Assembly (NCBI GenBank): GCA_963842885.1
Contig: CAWJIE010000003.1
Span: 96,001 to 160,000, forward strand
Reading direction: 5' to 3'
Source of the DNA: an uncultured Nitrososphaerota archaeon
GTDB taxonomy: Archaea; Thermoproteota; Nitrososphaeria; Conexivisphaerales; DTJL01
DNA length: 64,000 nucleotides
A program made the translations under genes and the position numbers. Numbering within the stretch: position 1 is the stretch's first letter; each line of letters opens with the position of its first letter. Below the pieces are notes generated by a model, which saw only the letters and a list, made by a program, of their open reading frames with translations, searched no databases and was not told the origin of the DNA. Shown here one piece after another: positions 30,406 through 39,990 of the stretch.

Positions 30406-31767
30406 CTACCCCTCGCCCGCGGACGCCAGCCGTTCGATGCCCCTAGCGAAGAATTGAATGGCCCTTCGGTAGTCCGCCTCCATTATGTGCTCGTTGGGGG
30501 CATGGTAACTCGAGCCCAGATATGAGACGCTGGGAGTCAGGACCGAAGGCACCTTGAGCTCGTTGATGAACAGAGAGATGGGTCCCGTGGCGGCCATGCT
30601 GGGCCACACGTTGGGGGTCATTCCGTACACCTGCTGGGCCGCGTCGACTAGCGGGGCCAGGAAGGGCGTGTTCAGCGGGGTCTTCCCGGGGAGCTCGCTG
30701 CTGTAGGACCGAAGCTGGACGTCAGTGCAGCCCAGACTATCTAGGTATCTCCTGACGGAGACGAAGATCTTGTCCGGGTCTTGGTTGGGGACCAGCCTGA
30801 AGTCGATCTTGACCATGACCTTTCGCGGCAGGACCGTCTTGGAGCCAGGCCCTCCGTATCCCGACACGAACCCAGCGATGTTGCAGGTAGGCGTGAAGAC
30901 GGTGTCGCGTGCCGTGCTCGAGCCGGGCGAAGGTCTGAGGAGGTCCTTTGCCCCCAGCGTCTTGCCGTAGGCTCCAGGGTCGAAGGCGTTGCGGTCCGTT
31001 CTTTCGAGCTCCTCCCCGGTGGGGGGGACTATATCATCGTAGAATCCGGGGATGAGGACCTTCCCGTTTTCGTCCTTGAAGTGGTTCAGGGCCCACACGA
31101 GCCTCCAGGCGGGGTTGGGCGCGACGGCAGCGTACATCGAGTGCAGGTCGAGCGAGGCCGTCTCGAGGGTCATCTCGATGTAGAGGAGACCCTTCGCGCC
31201 GAGGTAGAACTGCGGCCTTCCGTCGGCAGCCAAGTCGGACCCTTCCCATATGCATACGTCACCCTTCATCCTGTCGCCGAACCTCTTGACGAATTCATGG
31301 AGATGGGGGCTTCCTATCTCCTCTTCGCCCTCCGTCAAGAACTTCACGGAGACGGGGAGGCGCCCTCCCCTGGCGAGCAATACCTCGACGGCGTGAATCC
31401 GGGCCATCAGGTCTCCCTTATCGTCGGCGACGCCGCGGCCGAAGATTTTGCCGTCCTTGAGCTCGCCACCGAAAGGCTCCACCTTCCATTCGTCCAGTGG
31501 GTCCACGGGCTGCACGTCATAGTGATTGTAGAACACCAGCGTCCTTTCGCTGTTCCCCTTCAGGTCCGCTATAATCAGGGGCGGGGCGTCGGGGAGCATG
31601 AGCCGCTGCGTCCTAAATCCCAGGGAGTCCAGTTTTCTCGAGACGAAGTCCGCTGTCTCCGGTATGGCCTTCCCCTCCGCAGAGATGGTCGGAAAGGAGA
31701 TGAACTCCTTCAGCTCGCCGACGTAACCGTCGATCGACTTGGCTATCGCCCCCTTCAGTTCGTCCAT
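30406..31767 (-). CDS. M20/M25/M40 family metallo-hydrolase (dipeptidase-like)
   Basis: YNHYDVQP, RGVADDKG, EGEEEIGS and HAPNE motifs. Confidence 0.93.
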   Translation of the reverse strand: MDELKGAIAKSIDGYVGELKEFISFPTISAEGKAIPETADFVSRKLDSLGFRTQRLMLPDAPPLIIADLKGNSERTLVFYNHYDVQPVDPLDEWKVEPFGGELKDGKIFGRGVADDKGDLMARIHAVEVLLARGGRLPVSVKFLTEGEEEIGSPHLHEFVKRFGDRMKGDVCIWEGSDLAADGRPQFYLGAKGLLYIEMTLETASLDLHSMYAAVAPNPAWRLVWALNHFKDENGKVLIPGFYDDIVPPTGEELERTDRNAFDPGAYGKTLGAKDLLRPSPGSSTARDTVFTPTCNIAGFVSGYGGPGSKTVLPRKVMVKIDFRLVPNQDPDKIFVSVRRYLDSLGCTDVQLRSYSSELPGKTPLNTPFLAPLVDAAQQVYGMTPNVWPSMAATGPISLFINELKVPSVLTPSVSYLGSSYHAPNEHIMEADYRRAIQFFARGIERLASAGEG

Positions 31768-31883
31768 GCCCCTTCCGTCGACCGGACCTTTCCTTAACCC
31801 TTTCGCGGGAAGGATGCCCCTCGTTTTCGACGCAGGAATTCGAGACACAATACTTGCCGTCCACTTTCCTGTCACTCCCGAAC

Positions 31884-32220
31884 ATGGCTCCGAAGGCGGC
31901 CAGTCGCAACGCGGGCTTGGCCATGACGGTGCTGGCGAACCTCCTCTGGGGGACGGTCTTCGTAGCCTCCAGCGTAGGTCTGACCTACGCCGACCCCTAT
32001 CTTCTGGTCTTCCTCCGATTCGTCACCGTCACGATCGGCGTGATCCTGGTATCGGTGGCCCTAGGCTCGACGCGCGATGTCGCCCATGAGCTTAGCAGGA
32101 AGGTCATCTGGGCTCTGGGGACCATCTACGCGCTCGGCTTCCTCATCCAGTACGTCGGCCAGAACGTGACGAACGCCGCCGACGCCACCCTGTTGTCCAA
32201 CCTCGCCCCCGCGCTCATGA
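31884..32220 (+). pseudogene. truncated EamA/DMT transporter (first repeat only)
   Basis: LLWGTVF, LRF and ATLLSNLAP motifs; similarity ends abruptly near 32220. Confidence 0.75.
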
Positions 32221-32265
32221 TATTATTGGATGTCCATTGCTGCTGGAAAGGATTACGATGTCCTC

Positions 32266-32958
32266 CTAACTCGTCCGCAGAGGAAGCTTGTCGAAGGCCT
32301 TCATGATTATCATCAGACCTGCGAAAACGGTGTCGAACTTCCTGTCCATCTCGCTCTCCAGCCTATCGAACTTCATCTCCCAATAGATGAGCTGGAGGAC
32401 GGGGTTGAGCATGCCTGTGCGACTCTTGAGCTCCCACTTCCTCCTGATCACCAGCTCCACCAACTGCTTTCTCGCTTCGCTGAGGGGGCCAAAGACGAAG
32501 TTGTAAGCCCTTATCTCGTCGTCAGCGCTTGTGCACCTGTCGTTCAGCAAGTTGTTCATCTCCACCAGTTTCATCGCTTGGATGTCTGCGGGTGCCCCCT
32601 GCTCGAGGACCGGCCCGACTGGCCGAAGGGACTTTTCGGGTTTCTCCTTCCCCTCTTTCTGGGCTTTACTAATCTCGGCCAACGTTTTATCCATCGACCT
32701 TAGCTGGTCCTTCGAGGCCATGTTACCCTCCATCTCTTCCATTTGATCCGTCAGGTCCCTAAAGTCCTGAGCCAAAGCCATCCTTTGCTCAGTCACCTTC
32801 TCCTCCACGACAGCCTTATGCCCTCGCGGCACTCCTCTCAAGGTTGGAATCAGCGTGGTATAAGGGGCTTCGAGTATCTTCCCTATTTCGCGATACGTAT
32901 AGCCAGCCTTCCTCAGCGCTATTGCTCTCGCCTTCTGCTCCTTGGTTAGTCGGGGCAT
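32266..32958 (-). CDS. HTH DNA-binding protein with coiled-coil region
   Basis: MPRLTKEQKARAIALRKAGYTYREIGKIL N-terminal HTH; ATG at 32958. Confidence 0.8.
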   Translation of the reverse strand: MPRLTKEQKARAIALRKAGYTYREIGKILEAPYTTLIPTLRGVPRGHKAVVEEKVTEQRMALAQDFRDLTDQMEEMEGNMASKDQLRSMDKTLAEISKAQKEGKEKPEKSLRPVGPVLEQGAPADIQAMKLVEMNNLLNDRCTSADDEIRAYNFVFGPLSEARKQLVELVIRRKWELKSRTGMLNPVLQLIYWEMKFDRLESEMDRKFDTVFAGLMIIMKAFDKLPLRTS

Positions 32959-32959
32959 C

Positions 32960-32998
32960 TCCGTACTAATAGAGAGTACGGAATCGCTTCCTATAAAG
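32960..32998 (-). promoter_or_regulatory. inverted-repeat operator and TATA box of the HTH gene
   Basis: TCCGTACT-N7-AGTACGGA at 32960-32982; TATA (ctttatag on the minus strand) at 32991-32998. Confidence 0.6.
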
Positions 32999-33364
32999 CT
33001 ATTCCCGGTCCTGTGAGACAGAACCCTCCCGTATGGCAGCTGGGGATGATTCTTGGTACATATGTACGGCCAGAGCAGAGGCAACAGCTGTGAATATGAC
33101 ACCCCAGAACAACAGGATGGGAGGCTATCCGCTTGCAAGAGCTCGTAGGGACAAGCTCACCGGTCCTGGAATTCCGGTTCGCCGAAGACCCTCGCCTTCG
33201 AGACATTCGCGGGCACGAGCAACTTGACCGAGTCCCTCTGGGGCCCCTTTGTGCTGAGCCTGCGGGACGCATTCGTCGTCTCTTCAGTCATGATGGGACC
33301 CGCCGTCGTATTCTCTTGGATAAGAGACACGAAAAAGGTTGGGACGGCCCCCTCGCCCGACGAC

Positions 33365-34054
33365 CTAGGCCTGGCTGCCTTCGTCCACCAGTCGCCTTGC
33401 GGTCTCGAAGACGGCCAGCCACTGATCCCATTTCAGCTTGCCCGTCTGGGTATTCTGCCTGCTCGGATGATATGATGCAACGAGCACGGGCTTTCCGGGG
33501 CCCATGTCGTAGGCCGCTCCGTGACGAAACTTCAGCTTCCGATTGGGGCCATACAGTTTTAGGTAGTTCTGGAAGGCAAGCCTCCCCAGGGTGACCACCA
33601 CCGCTACGTCCTCCAGCAGTTTGAGCTCCTCGACGAGGAACCCGAGGCTTCCGTTGATCTCTGCGGGAGTGGGCTTGTTCTTCGGAGGGGCGCATCGGAC
33701 TAGCGCCGTCACGAACGCGCCCTTCAGCCTCAGGCCGTCGTCTCTGCTGACGCTGGTGGGCCTGTTGGCGAATCCGGTCAGGTGCAGCGCCTTTATGAGC
33801 CAGTCCCCGGACGAATCTCCCGTGAACATTCTCCCCGTCCTGTTCCCGCCGTGCAGTGCAGGTGCGAGGCCCACTATCAGCAGCCTTGCGTACGGGTCCC
33901 CGAATCCCGGCACGGGCTTCCCCCAGTATTCCTGGTCCCGGTAGCGCCTCACCTTCTTCTTTGAAGCTGCTTCGATGTAGGCGAGCAGTCTAGGGCAACA
34001 CTTCGATTCCACCACCCTCTTCTCGAGCGCCTCAATGTCGGCCTCTCGCGTCAA
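33365..34054 (-). CDS. uracil-DNA glycosylase family 5 (UdgB-like)
   Basis: GLAPALHGGNRTGRMFTGDSSG and YHPSRQN motifs. Confidence 0.92.
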   Translation of the reverse strand: MTREADIEALEKRVVESKCCPRLLAYIEAASKKKVRRYRDQEYWGKPVPGFGDPYARLLIVGLAPALHGGNRTGRMFTGDSSGDWLIKALHLTGFANRPTSVSRDDGLRLKGAFVTALVRCAPPKNKPTPAEINGSLGFLVEELKLLEDVAVVVTLGRLAFQNYLKLYGPNRKLKFRHGAAYDMGPGKPVLVASYHPSRQNTQTGKLKWDQWLAVFETARRLVDEGSQA

Positions 34055-34075
34055 TTTGAGCGCCCTCCCTGGGAC

Positions 34076-34867
34076 CTATTCCACAAGCCGGCGCGGCTCG
34101 ATCAACCTGGCCCAGAGATAGACTCCGATGACGAACGCCACCAGATAGACACCACTCAGCTCGAGGTTGAACGACAACGTGCTGGCGAAGTTGCCCGTGG
34201 CCGTGCCCAGCACGATGGCCACCAGAGGGACCAAGAGCACGCCCGCCATCTGCTGCGCTTCCTTGAAGCCCTTCGAGAGCGAAGAGATCCAGGAGATCAC
34301 CGCGACGCTGGCCAAGCTCAGGCACGGGACGACCAATACCAGCGCGGAGAACCAGGCGGCGTTGGGGAGGAGGTCCACACCCGCCTGGGCAGAGTAGGTC
34401 GATACCAACGCCCAGTAGATGGTGGCCGAAAGCCAAGTCGAGAGGATAGCCAGTGAGACGGGGGCCAGCGTCTTCCCGACGAATATCGTCTGCAGAGACA
34501 CGGGCTCGGAGACGAGGCCTTCCGCCGTCTTCCGCTCCTTCTCCCCCGCGAAACTGTCCGACGCCAGCACGATAACGCTGGCGGTGGGCATGAGCAGGAA
34601 GAGGGGGAGGGTCACAACGGTGAAGAGATACCAGTAGATACCCGACCTCGGCCCAAGGGCGGCGACGGCCTGACCGAGCACCGGGGGCATGAACCGCGTG
34701 TCCTGGATGACGAGGGAGGAGGGCACCGCGCCAAGGAAGAGCGAGACGAGCGAAGGGACGGCGACGGCCATCATGATGGGCAGGATGAACACGGTTAGAA
34801 TGAGGGTCCTGCTCGCGAAGTACTCCTTGATGTCCTTGGCGGCGATGGCGAGAGCCTGATTGAGCAA
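34076..34867 (-). CDS. ABC-2 transporter permease
   Basis: DSFAGEKERKTAEGL and FKEAQQ motifs; multi-TM. Confidence 0.88.
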   Translation of the reverse strand: MLNQALAIAAKDIKEYFASRTLILTVFILPIMMAVAVPSLVSLFLGAVPSSLVIQDTRFMPPVLGQAVAALGPRSGIYWYLFTVVTLPLFLLMPTASVIVLASDSFAGEKERKTAEGLVSEPVSLQTIFVGKTLAPVSLAILSTWLSATIYWALVSTYSAQAGVDLLPNAAWFSALVLVVPCLSLASVAVISWISSLSKGFKEAQQMAGVLLVPLVAIVLGTATGNFASTLSFNLELSGVYLVAFVIGVYLWARLIEPRRLVE

Positions 34868-35780
34868 CTACCTGCCGCCTCCCTCGTAGCTTATTTCACC
34901 GGGCTCCACCGAGACGGGCTGAAGCCCTCCTTCTATCATGGCCTCGATCATGGAGGGGATATCGGCCTTGCTCGAGACGCTGACCAGGAACTCGCCTACA
35001 GCCGCACTGCCATCTAGCCTAAGGTTGAATGTCGCCAGGGCAGATCTTATCGCGGAGGGCTGCGCGGGGGCCAGAAGCTTCACCCTCACGCTGTCGTAGG
35101 GTCGCAGGACATCGTCGAAGGCGCCGCTGGCCGCGATCCTCCCTCCCTTCATAAGCAGCACGGAATCAGAGATCCTTCGTGCCAGGTACGCGTTATGCGT
35201 GGTCATGATGACCGAGGCTCCCTCCTGAGCTGCTTCACGGATGGAGCGTATGACCAGCTCAGAGCCGTCAGGGTCGAGCCCTGAAGTTGGCTCGTCAAGG
35301 AGGAGGACGGGCGGCTTCCCGAACATCGTCCTCGCGAGCGCCAGCCTCTGCTTCATCCCCTTGGAGAACTTCTGTACTCCCATCTTCTCGAACCCCTCCA
35401 ACCCATACTTCTTCAGCAGCGTCATGGCCTCCTCCTTGAACGCGTCCCCCTGCATGCCACGCATCCTCGGCATGGAAGAGGATGTTGTCCAGCGCCGAAA
35501 GGCGCTCATAGAGGCCGGGCACCTCACCAAGATATCCGATCTTGCTCTTGGCCATGCTGCTCCCCGCAGGATGGTCCATCACGAACGCCTCCCCCTTACG
35601 CGGTCTAATCACTCCGACGAGCGTCCTCAGGAGCGTCGTCTTGCCGGCCCCGTTGGGACCAAGCACGACCGTCACGGTCGAGCCTGGGAAGATGTAACTC
35701 ATGTCCGAAAGGACATTGTTCGATCCCAGGGTGACGCTGAGATCACGAAGCACGACGGCCGCCGAAGAGTTCTCTGCCAT
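34868..35780 (-). CDS. ABC transporter ATP-binding protein, frameshift near 35470
   Basis: GPNGAGKT in ORF 35295..35780; FSKGMKQR and LLDEP in ORF 34868..35530. Confidence 0.88.
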
Positions 35781-35956
35781 GTGTTCGAATTCATTCTCGA
35801 CCTCCTCTCTCTATAAACGTTGACGGCGTTCACGCAGCGTCGCTCCTCGATGCGGCCAAAGATTGCTCAGAATGCAGGATCCCGCATGTCACGAATTTCT
35901 ATCCAGCGCGATCCCAGGGCAGGAGACCTCCACTTCGAGCCCGGAGGGATGGACCC

Positions 35957-36124
35957 TCATCTGTCCGCCGTCCGGTCCTCTTCCCAGAGCGCTAGGACGA
36001 TGCCGGCCACGGCCAGGAAGAAACCTACCATCGATATCTCCAGGGGAAGGGCGGGATTCGTTGCATGGATGACGATTAGGACGATGGCCAGAATCCAGAG
36101 CCACACGGGGCGGGGTATCTCCAT
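35957..36124 (-). CDS. small two-TM protein (55 aa, not in the ORF track)
   Basis: MEIPRPVWLWILAIVLIVIHATNPALPLEISMVGFFLAVAGIVLALWEEDRTADR; its ATG directly follows the upstream stop. Confidence 0.7.
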   Translation of the reverse strand: MEIPRPVWLWILAIVLIVIHATNPALPLEISMVGFFLAVAGIVLALWEEDRTADR

Positions 36125-36610
36125 CTAGGAAGCGCCTTCCAGCTCGTTCCCCCAGAGCTGAGTCTCCTGGCGGCTGATCTGCTGACGGATTAGTATCACG
36201 AAAAGTATTGAGACCGTACCCAAGATGACCAGGTCCGCCGGCGGGACGACGACATGAAAGATCAGACCTGCGAAACCGGAATACACGACACCAATGCTGA
36301 AGACGATGAGGAAAAGCAACGAGAAGTCCTTGAAGACGAGCAGAGATATGCTGTTCTGCCCCTTCTTCGTCAGCCTGAAGGCGGTCTTTTCGGATTTCAC
36401 CTGCTCCAGGACGTAGCCGTCGTCCATCAGTTCGTGGAGCATCCGGTTGACGGGGCTCGCGTCCTTGTACCCCAGCTGCCTGGCCAGCTCGGAGATGCTG
36501 CCGCTGAAGCCCGACCTCTTCCATAGGAAGTACATCAGCTTGACCTTCGGATGCAGTAGTTCCATCGATGGGGCTCTCTTCATAGGCAGGTCTTCGATAC
36601 GGAGGCGCAC
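36125..36610 (-). CDS. membrane-anchored winged-helix transcription regulator
   Basis: SISELARQLGY...VNRMLHELMDDGYV...FRLTKKG wHTH followed by two TM helices. Confidence 0.8.
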   Translation of the reverse strand: MRLRIEDLPMKRAPSMELLHPKVKLMYFLWKRSGFSGSISELARQLGYKDASPVNRMLHELMDDGYVLEQVKSEKTAFRLTKKGQNSISLLVFKDFSLLFLIVFSIGVVYSGFAGLIFHVVVPPADLVILGTVSILFVILIRQQISRQETQLWGNELEGAS

Positions 36611-36681
36611 TAAAGACCCTTACGCGAAAAAACGGATGACGTTCTTGTCTAAGACATTGCAGGCTGCGGCCGAGTCCTAGG

Positions 36682-37074
36682 TCAGATCCATATCGTGGGG
36701 GGCTTCCCGAGCTTCTTGAGCGCAGGGTCGTCAGTCACACACGTCGCGGCAAGCGCGATTGCCGTCGCCGCGATCATGGACTGCGGCCCCGAGAGCCCCT
36801 GGCTGGCCTGCAGAGAGGCGGCGATGGTGGCGACCTCGGCATCGACCGCCTTGACCTTGAAGTCCTGCTGCATGAGGGAGCTCCTCGAATCGGCCACCTG
36901 CTTGCCATCGGCCTCCGTAGAGATCTTGTGCACTTCGATCAAGGTGATGACGGAGATCCACTTCGGTGCCGAGCTCTGGGCCAGCCTCTTCAGGAGCCTC
37001 GTCCTGACGGCATCCTTGGAGTAGAAGAGCTGGACGAAATAGCTGGTGTCGAAGACTAGCGCTCTTCCGGTCAA
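36682..37074 (-). CDS. vapC: PIN-domain (VapC-like) toxin
   Basis: VFDTS, TLIEV and VTDD motifs; overlaps the AbrB-type gene. Confidence 0.85.
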   Translation of the reverse strand: MTGRALVFDTSYFVQLFYSKDAVRTRLLKRLAQSSAPKWISVITLIEVHKISTEADGKQVADSRSSLMQQDFKVKAVDAEVATIAASLQASQGLSGPQSMIAATAIALAATCVTDDPALKKLGKPPTIWI

Positions 37075-37289
37075 TCCTCGTCTCTGATCCTGTAGAGGAT
37101 CTTGAGCGCGTCTTCTAGAGAAGCGCGTCCGGTCCCCGCCAGGTCGAGGGTGGAGGTCTTCTTCTTCAACAGAATACCGTCCGCATAGGCAAGCGCCTCA
37201 AGCTTGGTACCTTCCTCTATCTTGAACTTCGTCCTCAGGTCTTTAGGTATGGTCGTCTGCCCCCGCCGGGTGACCACCACTTCTGTCAT
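37071..37289 (-). CDS. vapB: AbrB/MazE/SpoVT family antitoxin
   Basis: VTRRGQTTIPKDLRTKFKIEEG. Confidence 0.88.
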   Translation of the reverse strand: MTEVVVTRRGQTTIPKDLRTKFKIEEGTKLEALAYADGILLKKKTSTLDLAGTGRASLEDALKILYRIRDED

Positions 37290-37304
37290 GGTAGTATCCT
37301 CTGC

Positions 37305-37337
37305 AATTCCTACTTTTAAGAATTCCTACTCGTTAAG
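37305..37337 (-). promoter_or_regulatory. tandem direct repeats around the vapBC TATA box
   Basis: aattcctacttttaag followed by aattcctactcgttaag. Confidence 0.55.
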
Positions 37338-37426
37338 CATCGTACTCTACTCTAGTCCGTCTCCTTGTCAATACTATTAGCTTCCAGACGGAATAACCAG
37401 GAATAGGATGCAGGGCTCTGGGGCCA

Positions 37427-38815
37427 CTACACGGGGCTGTCGAAGAAATTGACGCCCTTGACGTTGGTGAACTCGCGTATGCCGAACTTGGATATCTCCC
37501 GTCCATATCCCGACTCCTTCACGCCGCCGAAAGGCATCCTCGGGTCCGACTTGACCAACCCGTTGACGAAGATTACCCCGGCGTCGAGCCTCGCCGCCAT
37601 CCGGGCGGCCCTTCCCGCATCCTTCGTCCAGACGGCTGCCCCCAGCCCGTAGGCCGTGCTGTTGGCCCACTCCGCCGCCTCCGAATCGTCCTTGACCCTG
37701 ACCAGTGGCGCGACGGGGCCGAACACCTCTTCGTAGAGCACCTTCATCTTAATGCTGAAGTTCTCGAGCACCGTGGGCTGGAAGAAGTATCCGCTTCCCG
37801 CCATGCGCTTCCCGCCGTAGGTGATCTTCGCCCCCTTGCGCACTGCGTCCCTGACCTGAGACTCCACGACCCTGAGCTGCGCCTCTCTTACGAGTGGTCC
37901 GACGTCCGTCATCGGATCCAGCGGGTCACCAACGATATATGAGGAGACCTCCCGGACGAAGAGGTCCCTGAACTCTTCGTAGACCGAGTCCATGATGATG
38001 AAACGTTTGGCGTTGATGCAGCTCTGGCCCGAGTTGATCAGCCTGGATTCCGCCCCGGCCTCGGCCGCCGCCTTAAGGTCGGCGTCGTCCAGCACGATGA
38101 AGGGATCGCTCCCTCCTAGCTCCATGACGCTCTTCTTCGTGTACCTCCCAGCCAGGGCTCCGATCGCGGAGCCTGCGGCGTTGCTGCCAGTGAAGGAGAC
38201 ACCCTTGACCAGGGGCGAAGCGATCACGTCCTGGATAACCTTGTGGCCGGTCAGGATGACCTTGAAGACCCCGTCCGGGAAGCCCGCCTCCTTGAACACT
38301 TCCTGGAGAAGCAGCGCGGACCCGGGGACGATGTTCGAATGCCTAAGCAGCACGGCGTTCCCGGCCATCACGGTCGGGATTGCGAACCTCAAGGCCTGCC
38401 ACGAAGGGAAGTTCCAAGGTTCCACGCCGAGGATGACCCCCAGGGGTTCGAAGCTGACCTGACTCCTGCGCGCATCGGTCTCCACGGCCTCCGCCTCGAG
38501 CCACCTTTCACCCTCCCTAGCCACGACTTCGGCCGTCCAGGCACACTTTTCGACCTCGGCCTGCGACTGTTTGATGGGTTTGCCCATCTCATGCGTCATA
38601 ATCCGGGCGAGCTTCTCCCGCTCCCTGCGGAGGGAACCCGCCAGGGACCTCAGAAGCTCGGCGCGATCCTCGAAACTTACCTCCTTCCAGGAGGCAAAGG
38701 CGTCCGAGGAGTCCCTCGCGTAGCGGAGACATGTCTGAGGCTCCATCAATATGTACGACTCGAGCCTTCCCCCGGTCGAGGGATTGAGAGTCCAGAACTC
38801 TTCGGAAAAGCTCAT
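37427..38815 (-). CDS. NAD(P)-dependent succinate-semialdehyde dehydrogenase-like aldehyde dehydrogenase
   Basis: PWNFP, FTGS, MELGGSDP, GQSCINAKR, EEVFGP and PFGGVKESG motifs. Confidence 0.93.
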   Translation of the reverse strand: MSFSEEFWTLNPSTGGRLESYILMEPQTCLRYARDSSDAFASWKEVSFEDRAELLRSLAGSLRREREKLARIMTHEMGKPIKQSQAEVEKCAWTAEVVAREGERWLEAEAVETDARRSQVSFEPLGVILGVEPWNFPSWQALRFAIPTVMAGNAVLLRHSNIVPGSALLLQEVFKEAGFPDGVFKVILTGHKVIQDVIASPLVKGVSFTGSNAAGSAIGALAGRYTKKSVMELGGSDPFIVLDDADLKAAAEAGAESRLINSGQSCINAKRFIIMDSVYEEFRDLFVREVSSYIVGDPLDPMTDVGPLVREAQLRVVESQVRDAVRKGAKITYGGKRMAGSGYFFQPTVLENFSIKMKVLYEEVFGPVAPLVRVKDDSEAAEWANSTAYGLGAAVWTKDAGRAARMAARLDAGVIFVNGLVKSDPRMPFGGVKESGYGREISKFGIREFTNVKGVNFFDSPV

Positions 38816-38875
38816 CTTAGTCTTGGTAGAGACGATGGCGATTTAAGCCTTGATGGCTTCGTCGCGCGCTTCCCT

Positions 38876-39430
38876 CTAGGAGGAGGACTCCGCGTCGGTG
38901 AGCAGCTCTTCCAGCACGTCGAAGGTCAGCTGCCTTCTGGACTCCTCCCTGAGGACATCGAGGTCGACTTCGGCGTTCCTCAGGACCGAGAGGACGTCCT
39001 GCCTGTCGAGGGACCTCCTGTCACCGTCCACCGTCACCTTGATCAGCCTGAGCTTCGACAGGAGAAGCCAGGTCGGGTCCTGAAGGAAGGCGTCCTCCCC
39101 CAAGACCTTGACGGGGCGTCGCGGCACCGGGTCCGCCGTCATCATGATGTCGAGGCGAAGACCGTCGCTGTCCTCGAAGGAGGCGATCCTGTATTTCGAG
39201 TCCCATGCCCGCTCCAGTGTCCCCTCCCTGACCTTCAACTTCGCCCTCCGCAGCACCTTCACCAAGCCGGGGAAGTCGGCGGGCGACGCGTGGATGATAA
39301 CGTCGACGTCAGAGGTCGTCCTCGGCCTTCCATAGTAGCTCACTGCAAGGGCGCCCGTGAGAGCGTATTCCAGCCCTCCCCTGTTGAGCTCCCTGATGAC
39401 ACGCTTCACAAAAGAATCGAACTTGACCAA
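38876..39430 (-). CDS. DUF6036/AbiEii-like nucleotidyltransferase
   Basis: YALTGALAVSYYGRPRTTSDVD Pol-beta motif; LLLSKL and DRQDV. Confidence 0.82.
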   Translation of the reverse strand: MVKFDSFVKRVIRELNRGGLEYALTGALAVSYYGRPRTTSDVDVIIHASPADFPGLVKVLRRAKLKVREGTLERAWDSKYRIASFEDSDGLRLDIMMTADPVPRRPVKVLGEDAFLQDPTWLLLSKLRLIKVTVDGDRRSLDRQDVLSVLRNAEVDLDVLREESRRQLTFDVLEELLTDAESSS

Positions 39431-39433
39431 GGC

Positions 39434-39619
39434 TCATTCATCTGCCATCTCGCGGTCCCCCAGCCTGCGCCTGAAGATGGCCAGAAGCTCTTCGCGAGGG
39501 CAGCCCGGGTTCTGCTGCACCACGGCCTCCCAGCAGATGGACAGGGCCACGGACGACATCTCGATGGCCAACGAAAGGTTCCTTTCCTTGGAATCCCTTC
39601 CGGCGTTCGAGAACGTCAT
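39434..39619 (-). CDS. small helical partner protein upstream of the nucleotidyltransferase
   Basis: ER.LSLAIEMS...NPG.PREEL...RRRL; ends 3 nt before the NTase start; TATA upstream. Confidence 0.65.
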   Translation of the reverse strand: MTFSNAGRDSKERNLSLAIEMSSVALSICWEAVVQQNPGCPREELLAIFRRRLGDREMADE

Positions 39620-39990
39620 CGTTCTTCGTTCGGCACACCGTTCCTTTAACCGTTGCTGGGGGCATCGATGAGAGGGCTAGGCGGCGGTAGCGCGTCGAGA
39701 AGGTCACCTCCACCCGTCAGTCCTTCCGCATGCCCAGTTCCTCTGCCCCAGCTTCCGGACTTCTTGAACCCGAACCCCTTCTACGGCTCGGAGGTGCCAT
39801 TTCACAGCAGGCTAGCCGGGGTCCCGAGGTCTTCCAGGTGGACTGAGAAAGCTCCTCGCTGACGAAGCACCGTCCTCCTTCTTCGATGGAGCGACCATTA
39901 CGTTCCCTGGGCCCTTCATCGCCTTAAGAATGGCGGGGCCTTGGGTAGGACAAGTTATTAATACGTGACCGCGTTTGTGACAGAAGCGAT

